64,000 nucleotides of DNA from an uncultured delta proteobacterium (GTDB lineage Bacteria; Desulfobacterota; RBG-13-43-22). This document shows, piece by piece, positions 20,669 through 27,969 of the stretch (its first letter is position 1; each line of letters opens with the position of its first letter). The DNA lies in assembly GCA_963790475.1 (NCBI GenBank), contig CAWBOS010000012.1:992001-1056000 (forward strand). Reading direction: 5' to 3'. The notes beneath the pieces are model-generated. The model ran no database searches. It was not told the DNA's origin and saw nothing but the letters and a program-made list of their open reading frames with translations. The position numbers and the translations under genes were made by a program.

Positions 20669-20678
20669 GAGATCGATT

Positions 20679-21254
20679 ATGGAGGACAAAAAAGGATACT
20701 CGTTTGAGCTGCACGAAGATATGTTAAGTCTTATTGAAAATGAGTTTTCGCCACAGGAAATCGCAGCCAACCTGGCCGCCGCGATTGAGAGAAAATCTTC
20801 TCCGGAAATCCCGGAGATCGGCAAAAAGATTTTTAGCGAATATGGAAGGCGTTGGGCCGAGCGGGTTCTCGAGTTGGGGGAATCCTACCCGGACCGGACC
20901 TATGAGGTCCTGCGGGAGGCCATCGACGCAACAGGAAGTCCGGCATTTCCATTGATTCCACAGAGATTCATTGAGATAGCTTATTTGAGTACACAGAAAA
21001 TCTCCACCCTACCCATCTCGGAGAACAACATTGCCCGTTTGATCTTCAGGATCGGGAACTGCCGCACTTATCAGTCCGTTTCCGACCGATTGGGCCAAGA
21101 GACGGCCGGGCTTTTGTCCTGCCGTGAGGGTTGTCTGAATTTGTGTCAGGGGATTATAGAAGGCCTTGGCCTGGAGGGGATCGAAACGGAGGTATCCGCC
21201 GGAATGCCGGATCAGGGCTATTGCCAATTTATACTTAACAACACCAAAGCATAG
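20679..21254 (+). CDS. Hypothetical protein with three C-terminal Cys motifs (possibly V4R-like)
   Basis: RBS aggag before ATG 20679; GNCRTY, SCREGC, YCQF; tightly coupled to the ferredoxin gene. Confidence 0.7.
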   Translation: MEDKKGYSFELHEDMLSLIENEFSPQEIAANLAAAIERKSSPEIPEIGKKIFSEYGRRWAERVLELGESYPDRTYEVLREAIDATGSPAFPLIPQRFIEIAYLSTQKISTLPISENNIARLIFRIGNCRTYQSVSDRLGQETAGLLSCREGCLNLCQGIIEGLGLEGIETEVSAGMPDQGYCQFILNNTKA

Positions 21255-21260
21255 AAAAGG

Positions 21261-21289
21261 GAATGGGACGCCCTGAGGACGTCCCATTC
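21261..21289. terminator. Hairpin after the Fe-S operon
   Basis: gaatgggacg-N9-cgtcccattc perfect 10-bp stem; no clear U-tract on the + strand. Confidence 0.45.
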
Positions 21290-21432
21290 AGTCGAGGGAG
21301 TTACCCAGAGAGCCGCCTCATCTTCTGATGGGGCAGACTGTTAAGTCTTGGGGTCGTTGACCAAGTTTTATTGCCTGAAAGATTAGTGAACATGAACAAG
21401 GGAATTCTTATTAAGAAAGGAGATTAACCATC

Positions 21433-22389
21433 GTGGCACAGTTTAAATTAAACCAGGTAGACAAGTTGGAAATATTGACACTGGAGGACAACTATCTCGA
21501 CTTGGTCTCCGGAGATAATTCCGACATAGTCGCAAGAGCGATGCCACTCAAAGATATGCAGTTAAAAAATTCAATCTTAGCTGAGCATGGTTTCTCCGCC
21601 ACGGTTACCACGATTACACAGGAGAGGTCAAGAATGATGCTTTTTGACTTCGGTTTTTCTGAAGATATTGTTGCCCGGAATGCTGATGCCCTGGGAGTGG
21701 ATTTAACCAAGGTTGAAGTGGCCGCCCTTTCTCATGGTCATATAGACCACTTCGGCGGACTTGAACAAGTAGCAACAAAAATTGGAAAGAAAGGTGTGGG
21801 ACTAATCCTGCATCCTTTTGCATTCAGAAAAAATAGATACGTCGAAATCAGGCCAGGCGTTAAGATAATACTGCCTTCAATAGAAAAAGAAAAAGTCGAA
21901 GCCGCAGGGTTGAAGATTGCCGAAGTGAAAGAACCTTTACTGTTATTGGACGGAGACGTGTTGTTCTTAGGGGAAATACCCAGGAGGACCGCTTTTGAAA
22001 AAGGATTACCAAATGCATTCTACGAGGAAAATGGTCAGAAAGCTTTGGATTCTACCGAAGACGACACTTCCTTGGTTATGAACGTGAAGGGTAAAGGTCT
22101 GGTGGTGCTATCGGGCTGCGCCCATTCGGGCATAGTGAATACAGTCGAGTATGCAAGAGAGATTACAGGCATAAATAAAGTGCATGTAATTATGGGAGGA
22201 TTTCACCTAACCGGCCCGGCATCAGCACCAATTATTGATATCACGGTAAAAGCAATTATGCAGATAAACCCGGACTACGTCATCCCGACTCACTGTACCG
22301 GAAGAAATGCCACCCTGGCCATTGAAAAGGCTATGCCTGATAAATTTCTGGTGAACATGTCGGGGACGAAAATGACCTTTGCGGCCTGA
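21433..22389 (+). CDS. MBL-fold metallo-hydrolase (MJ0448-like subfamily)
   Basis: AEHGFS, LSHGHIDHFGG, SGCAHSGIVN, GGFHL, PTHCTG. Confidence 0.92.
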   Translation: MAQFKLNQVDKLEILTLEDNYLDLVSGDNSDIVARAMPLKDMQLKNSILAEHGFSATVTTITQERSRMMLFDFGFSEDIVARNADALGVDLTKVEVAALSHGHIDHFGGLEQVATKIGKKGVGLILHPFAFRKNRYVEIRPGVKIILPSIEKEKVEAAGLKIAEVKEPLLLLDGDVLFLGEIPRRTAFEKGLPNAFYEENGQKALDSTEDDTSLVMNVKGKGLVVLSGCAHSGIVNTVEYAREITGINKVHVIMGGFHLTGPASAPIIDITVKAIMQINPDYVIPTHCTGRNATLAIEKAMPDKFLVNMSGTKMTFAA

Positions 22390-22614
22390 TCAAATTCCTC
22401 CTTTTTCGAGGGGACATTAAATTGTGAAAGTCAGGATTGACTATCCAGGCATTGTCGCGTTTGATGGGGACTTCTTTCTGTAATCGTTCAGTTGCGTTTT
22501 TGAAAAATCAGAGGAGTTCAAACAGAAATAAATGAAACTCTATAAAATAACTTGACTTTTTAGAAGTTTTGAGATAAAAAAAATTTTCATGAAAACATAG
22601 AACTTTTTCTTGTT

Positions 22615-22690
22615 GGCAACCTTTAACCAAAGGAGTGTCAAGGGAGAAATTTTTGACCCCATTTCTCAATAGAGCGATGGGGTTTTTTAT
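22615..22690 (+). ncRNA. Putative structured sRNA/leader, copy B
   Basis: ggcaacctttaaccaaaggagtgtc...gaccccatttctcaatagagcgatggggtttttt. Confidence 0.55.
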
Positions 22691-22757
22691 TTTCAATTTA
22701 ACAATGAAACTTAAAAGCAACGTCCCACCCTAAACATGGTTTGTTTCTGGAGGATTT

Positions 22758-22790
22758 ATGAAATGGAGTTTTCAGAAGATGACCCTATGA
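22758..22790 (+). CDS. Putative leader/mini peptide MKWSFQKMTL
   Basis: RBS ggagg; codon-aligned homolog at 26216; followed by an imperfect hairpin and U-rich tract. Confidence 0.4.
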   Translation: MKWSFQKMTL

Positions 22791-22893
22791 AGCCTCCAGA
22801 GAATTTTTATGCCTTCTTAGGGGCTTTTCTATTTAAATCGGGAAAATGAAGTTCGTTTATTAATTGTTAGGCAAAATCTTTTAGAGGTTTAAA

Positions 22894-23625
22894 ATGGAAA
22901 AAGCTATATTTTGTAAAGGATGCCGGATTCAGTGGCATGGGATTATTCCCATTCGAGGGCCACTTTCAATGCCTTTCAGATTATTTGGAATTAAACCGAG
23001 TAAAATGAACCCAAATATCTGCAACTTGTGCGAGACAAAATTTACAAAAATCAAGCACGCTAAACGAATTATCTTCCCTGCTACAGTCATGTTTGCCGAT
23101 ATTCGTGGATATACAAGTTTTTTTGAGATTATGGATATTCCGAGTGTTGCCTGTTTACTGAGTGGTTTTTATGAAAATTGTGGCTATGTAATATGGGAAA
23201 GAGATGGCCTCATTTTCAAGTTGATAGGAGATGCAATGTTAGGTGTTTTCAATTTTCCAATCACTCGAGATGATCATGTTAAACAAGCAGTGATATCCGG
23301 ATTAGAGTTACAAAGGAAATGTTTGACTATGAAGGCGTCTTTAGAAAAACCTGAAGAGTATTCAAAAGATCTTGGTATTGGTGTTGGTATTCACACTGGA
23401 AATATCGCAGTCGGAGAGATAGGGCAGTTTTGCAAAGATTTTACAGTGATTGGAGATGTTGTGAATTTAGCGGCAAGACTACAAGGAGTTGCCAAATCAG
23501 GTGAAGTTGTTATTTCAGAAGACGTATATCGGGAAGTGCAAAATGATTTTCCGAACGCCAATACCCGGATATATGAACTTAAAGGAATTAAGGACCGCAT
23601 TAAAGCGCATGTTTTACGTCCTTAA
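22894..23625 (+). CDS. Class III adenylate/guanylate cyclase with Cys-rich N-terminus
   Basis: VMFADIRGYT, KLIGDA, GVGIHTG, IGDVVNLAARL, ELKG; N-terminal CKGC and CNLC. Confidence 0.92.
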   Translation: MEKAIFCKGCRIQWHGIIPIRGPLSMPFRLFGIKPSKMNPNICNLCETKFTKIKHAKRIIFPATVMFADIRGYTSFFEIMDIPSVACLLSGFYENCGYVIWERDGLIFKLIGDAMLGVFNFPITRDDHVKQAVISGLELQRKCLTMKASLEKPEEYSKDLGIGVGIHTGNIAVGEIGQFCKDFTVIGDVVNLAARLQGVAKSGEVVISEDVYREVQNDFPNANTRIYELKGIKDRIKAHVLRP

Positions 23626-23862
23626 GATGTTGTCAGAATCTTATCCACTTAGGTATTTTGTTGCCGGAATAATAGAATCGGAATAGGGGCAGTATGGCCG
23701 GACAAAGAATAACCAGAAGGCAAAAAGACATCTCCCGGCTTTTGCGCGAAAAAAAATATAATCCGCCTCAGAGGTCGAAAAAGGATAATACGTTTCCATC
23801 AAAAAAGCGCGGTAGATAAAAGAGGCGTTTTTGATAATAGATATCAGGAAAGGAGTCATCTT

Positions 23863-24468
23863 ATGAAAAAGTATCGCTTGATTATAGGTTTGATTATTTT
23901 TCCCCTATTGATAGTAATCGCCTGCGGGGAAGAGGAGAAAAGCGACCAGGGAAGGGTAATTGCATTTGACAAAGCCAAACGGACAATAACCTTGATCAGG
24001 GATAAGGATTTTCTCCAATACCCTAATAACAGGGCAATGCTCCCGGTTACCTATGACCTGCCCCAAGACATTATTGGAATTAAACCGGAACTAAAAGTCG
24101 GTTTAAGAATGAAGTTAGATTCTGCAAATAACCAAATCATCATTTATGATCCGATCGATCGCAATTTCAAGACCATCCCTTATACCCTCTTGGATAAAAA
24201 AGAAGGGGTTTTATTGGACAACTCCTTGGTTTTTGATACCAATACTAATAAGCCTAAAAAGTTCCCAATTATCGACCGAGAAAGGAAATTAATCACTGTT
24301 TATTCCAGGAGACAACAGATATTGGCTACCTTCAGTCTTCCTCAAAAATTCTTTGACTTGCCGGAATATACTTGGAATGCTGGAGATGAGGTTCGGATTT
24401 ATTATAAGAAAGAAGGGAAAGCACTAAGCCTAACGAATATTACCAAGTACGGTTTGGTTAGAGATTAG
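23863..24468 (+). CDS. Lipoprotein, DUF4881-like
   Basis: Signal peptide with lipobox VIAC; QGRVIAFDK and GDEVRIYYK resemble a deltaproteobacterial lipoprotein family (family name from recall). Confidence 0.7.
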   Translation: MKKYRLIIGLIIFPLLIVIACGEEEKSDQGRVIAFDKAKRTITLIRDKDFLQYPNNRAMLPVTYDLPQDIIGIKPELKVGLRMKLDSANNQIIIYDPIDRNFKTIPYTLLDKKEGVLLDNSLVFDTNTNKPKKFPIIDRERKLITVYSRRQQILATFSLPQKFFDLPEYTWNAGDEVRIYYKKEGKALSLTNITKYGLVRD

Positions 24469-24669
24469 AAGGACACAAAACGGCCTTTTTATGCACATTT
24501 CAACGGTAATTGTTGATTTTCGGAGTGATCGCTTTAGAATAGTTGTGCTCGGCTGCCAACAGATATCTCGACCTACCTGTCCGATGAAATATCATACTAA
24601 GGATTTTAATTGACTTATTGATTGTGAAGGGATAGAGATTTTTATGTAATATTAAGCTATGTTATTGGA

Positions 24670-24745
24670 GACAACCCTTAACTAAGGAGTGTCGATGGAA
24701 GAATAATAGACCCCATTTCTCAGAAGAGAAGTGGGGTTTTTTTAT
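24670..24745 (+). ncRNA. Putative structured sRNA/leader, copy C
   Basis: caacccttaactaaggagtgtcgatggaagaataatagaccccatttctcagaagagaagtggggttttttt. Confidence 0.55.
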
Positions 24746-25028
24746 CTTGAATCCTTTATAGACGCTGAAAATTTTGACCATTACTGAATATTGCAGCAGA
24801 AAAATGATGTTGGTCAAACAGAGAGGAGGGTATTTGCTGGGCCAAAGACAAGAGGCGAATTGGCAATGAAATAAGATAGAATATAAACTCGTAAGGTAAC
24901 CACGGCTCCAATAATTCAATTTTTTCCATTCTTAAAACCAGTCCCCAGTTAGGGAGGGATGTTTTTCAGAAATTGTATTTTGTTTTTTATTGTGTTTTGG
25001 TAATCGGCATCTTGTGAAGGGATATAAT

Positions 25029-25331
25029 ATGACATTATTAGCTCATTTTTTTGCTGCTGTGTTTTTTGTAAATGGGGTTCCTCATTTTGTACACGGGGTT
25101 TCTGGACAATCGTTCCAAAGCCCCTTTGCCAGCCCACCAGGAGTTGGAGAATCATCTTCTATAGTCAACGTGCTTTGGGGATCATTCAACTTTATCGTTG
25201 GGTACGTTTTACTTTTTTGTATCGGAAGTTTCCATATGGCTCCAAATTTGGATACTCTTGTTACCACTATCGGTGGACTTTTAACTGCGCTTGCTTTGTC
25301 CTGGCACTTTCAAAGGGTTAGAAGCAAGTAG
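25029..25331 (+). CDS. Small hypothetical membrane protein
   Basis: Three hydrophobic segments; NGVPHF and PFASPPGVGESS motifs; ATG 25029 follows aaggga. Confidence 0.75.
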   Translation: MTLLAHFFAAVFFVNGVPHFVHGVSGQSFQSPFASPPGVGESSSIVNVLWGSFNFIVGYVLLFCIGSFHMAPNLDTLVTTIGGLLTALALSWHFQRVRSK

Positions 25332-25648
25332 ACAAGCACCGCAGGATATTCCTTTTTGAAAGCGTCCTTAGGTGCATTATAGAAGAGGAACAAAAATGAA
25401 TCATGGTGGGTTTTAATGGAAAAGGTTTTTGGGGATCTCTGCGGCCAAAGCCAGAATTTCTCGCTCTACTGGGATACCATTGACCAAGAGCGGGAGGGAA
25501 AGGAAGCTGGGGAGGATAGTCAGCGGGGGTGAACTTGATCAATCATATAGTTCTTCTGGGATCAGGATATTGGGGCCGGAAAGATTTGTCGTGAAATGAA
25601 AATCCCAGATAGAGAAATCTGCCGCCCTTGATGGCCCTTTCCGCCCAA

Positions 25649-25819
25649 TTAAACACCTCCAGCATAATTAACCCCGTGATCCACTGCATAATGGATCATC
25701 TTGATGGCCTCGGGTTCATTGATTTTTGCCTGATCGTTATCGATTACCGGAAGCCGCATAGCCCCGAAACCAAGGGCCGAAACCTGCCAATCAAGTTTAC
25801 CGAAAGGTCGAAACTTCAT
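25649..25819 (-). pseudogene. N-terminal stub of an aldo/keto reductase (not in the ORF track)
   Basis: RBS ggagga then [24 protein letters not shown]...[15 protein letters not shown], ending just before the expected DTA motif. Confidence 0.75.
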
Positions 25820-26125
25820 TGATCAATTCTCCTCCAAAATAGCCACTGAAATGGGTTTGATATTAGTTATTAAGGATTTAAAAGAATATAGACAAAATCT
25901 CAGTACGAGTCAATTCCTATTGATGTTTTGGTGATATCGTTTTAATTGGGTTGGAGAAACAATTTTCTTGAGAACTTAAGTGCTACTTCCTGAAATCTTC
26001 ACTCCTTCATTTCAGAAAAAAGACAAGGGTTCAAAGGATAATTATTAAGTTAACAGTGGAAGCCATGAATTCTGGCCTCGATATTATGGAACGTACTCCC
26101 CTAATGTTCTATCCGAATAATTCCC

Positions 26126-26156
26126 TTGACATTTTCTCTCAATCTGAGTTTATATT
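26126..26156 (+). promoter_or_regulatory. Candidate MerR-type promoter TTGACA-N19-TATATT
   Basis: Perfect -35 box, 19-nt spacer containing a CTCA-atc-TGAG dyad. Confidence 0.4.
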
Positions 26157-26215
26157 TATTTACTAAATAGAAAGTTAACCTCCCAACCAAACCCCGGCCT
26201 TTTTAGGAGTGGGAC

Positions 26216-26305
26216 ATGAAGTGGGAGTATCAAAAAGTACTGATACGAAGCCTCCGTGAGGGATCATCCCCTTATGGAGGTTTTTTATTTTCGACCGACG
26301 TTTGA
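26216..26305 (+). CDS. Putative leader peptide MKWEYQKVLIR... running through a terminator
   Basis: RBS taggag; homologous to 22758-22790. Confidence 0.4.
   Translation: MKWEYQKVLIRSLREGSSPYGGFLFSTDV
26251..26286 (+). terminator. Intrinsic terminator/attenuator upstream of the MerB-like gene
   Basis: cctccgtgaggg-atcatc-cccttatggagg followed by tttttt. Confidence 0.7.
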
Positions 26306-26371
26306 TTTTATTATTATAGGATTGCTGAGAGATTTCAAAGAATTTCCCAAATGATATGAAGGAGTACTATC

Positions 26372-27064
26372 ATGAGTGAACCCAACCGATCTGATAAAAC
26401 TTTTTATATTATCATGAAACGAATGGTGGAGACGGGGGTGGCACCCCACTATACGGAGATAGCGGCGGAGTTAGGGGTTCCTCCAGAGGGCGGTAAAAAA
26501 GCTCTTCAGGATCTTTTCTCCACACCGATGTTCCCTGGATGGTTATATCCAAATACGGATTACATTACTTCTTTTCCACCCTTTAACAACCTTCCCACCC
26601 AGTATCGTTTAACAATTGATGGCCAACAAAAATGGTTCGGTCAATGAGGATTTGAGTCGCTGGCGGTCAGCTGGCTTTTCCCGGGGAAGGTTGTCCGGAT
26701 TGATGCTCCCTGTCTTGACTGTGGATCTCCGATCAAAGTGGAAATGAAAGATGGTGTGGTTGAAAAAACTGACCCAGAAGGTCTTGTTGCCTACACCTGT
26801 GTCCCTCTTCGCGAGTGGTTTAATAACCTGGCCCATTCCTGAAGCACTATGAATCTCTTCCGGTCGGAAGAGCATGTTCGTAATTGGAGCGGTTTCAAAA
26901 CAAACACCGAAGAAGGAATCGTTCCACTGCTTGATATGGCCAGAGGTTTTTCCGGTAATTTTTTTAAGCGCCGTCTGGATCCAGATTATTTTTCTCATAT
27001 GCAGGAATATTTAATGGAGCTGGTCGGAACCTGGAAAGAGATGGGTTCTTTCTGGACACTTTAA
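26372..27064 (+). CDS. MerB (organomercurial lyase)-like protein with two predicted selenocysteines (U92, U157), 230 aa
   Basis: In-frame TGA at 26645 and 26840 with no other stop; WFGQ-U-GFE, CLDC and AHS-U-STMNLFRSEEH match the MerB layout; hairpins follow both UGAs. Confidence 0.85.
26654..26677 (+). promoter_or_regulatory. SECIS-like hairpin 1
   Basis: gagtc-gctg-[gcggt]-cagc-t-ggctt; loop starts 16 nt after UGA 26645. Confidence 0.6.
26849..26875 (+). promoter_or_regulatory. SECIS-like hairpin 2
   Basis: ctcttcc-[ggtc]-ggaagag perfect 7-bp stem; 19 nt separate UGA 26840 from the loop. Confidence 0.75.
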
Positions 27065-27104
27065 GGTTGATAATAACAACGAGTAAGGGGCTCGTCAGAA
27101 ATGG

Positions 27105-27293
27105 CGAGCCGATAGCTTAACGTGTTGAAAACGGATTTGCAATGATTCGAAAAGCCTCTAATTCTTTTGAGTTAGAGGCTTTTTCTTTCTGAGAAATTAT
27201 CTTCTTACAAATGGCAATGATTTAACTATTTATAATTATAGGCTTTAATGTTATATCATAACGGTATTATCAACACGTTAAGCTATCGGCTCG
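27105..27293. repeat. Perfect 24-bp inverted repeat pair enclosing a terminator
   Basis: cgagccgatagcttaacgtgttga (27105-27128) and its exact reverse complement (27270-27293). Confidence 0.85.
27150..27185. terminator. Bidirectional intrinsic terminator after the MerB-like gene
   Basis: aaaagcctctaattc-tttt-gagttagaggctttttct. Confidence 0.75.
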
Positions 27294-27570
27294 TCAAAAA
27301 TGGTCCTGCCTTTTTTATGTGGACTTCGAACGGTATTCGATTATTCCCAGGGTTGTCTGGAAAAAGGATTTGTAGGTGCTACTCGGCAGCCATCAGATAT
27401 ATTGACACGGTCTGTCTGGGGAAATCTCTTTCTAAGGATTTTAGTTGACTTTTTAATTGGGCGAGGATTAAAATTCCTGTGTAATATTAGGCTGTTTTCT
27501 TATCGGCAACCCTTATATAAGGAAGGTATGAGGTTTATACTCCTACCTTACAAGAGGAGCTTTAAAGAAA

Positions 27571-27771
27571 ATGATCCTGCGCGTCCAATACAAAAATGGT
27601 AAGTATGATTACGTCAACCGGCGAACCCTCGATGCTCTCATCAAACAAGAAGCGATCGAACAGTTCTATCGCCCCCAGGAAAAAAAATGGGTCAACATCA
27701 ACATCGATCCGATAAGGGGGAAAGAGAGCATTTTTTACTTTGGAATGGAAAGAAGGCAGTTAACCCTTTAA
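27571..27771 (+). CDS. Small protein, GSU3473-like family
   Basis: MILRVQYKNGKYDYV...LDALI...WV..DPIR...ERR; RBS gaggag (family name from recall). Confidence 0.75.
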   Translation: MILRVQYKNGKYDYVNRRTLDALIKQEAIEQFYRPQEKKWVNINIDPIRGKESIFYFGMERRQLTL

Positions 27772-27832
27772 CCAAGGGAGTGTCGATGGAATAATAGGCC
27801 CCATTTCTCAAGTGAGAGGTGGGGTTTTTTAT
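27762..27832 (+). ncRNA. Putative structured sRNA/3'UTR element, copy D
   Basis: aaccctttaaccaagggagtgtcgatggaataataggccccatttctcaagtgagaggtggggtttttt. Confidence 0.55.
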
Positions 27833-27969
27833 TCGGGAGATACCCCTTGTCATCATTTATTGGTAAAGTCCCGCCCCGCATAGCCCCGTTTCTTTCTCCA
27901 TGTCCTCTTAAACTCCGGGGTGAAATTATTTTTGGCCAGGAATGGTTATTTATATCAATTGCCTCCCTT

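Noticed and set aside
20559-20678. Upstream extensions in the ORF track (also starts at 6789, 7882, 31168, 49858, 55598, 56394)
   Set aside because: Downstream ATGs fit family N-termini or have better SD sites, and some extensions overlap neighbouring genes.
26645-26842. The two TGAs as simple nonsense mutations (pseudogene) or as Trp/Gly recoding
   Set aside because: Both fall on Cys-equivalent catalytic positions and are followed by hairpins; other genes in the window use TGA as a normal stop and TGG for Trp.
18456-27832. Repeated elements as a CRISPR array, T-box, PyrR site or known riboswitch
   Set aside because: Copies are kilobases apart without a repeat-spacer layout, and I see no T-box, PyrR, c-di-GMP, TPP, cobalamin or Moco consensus.
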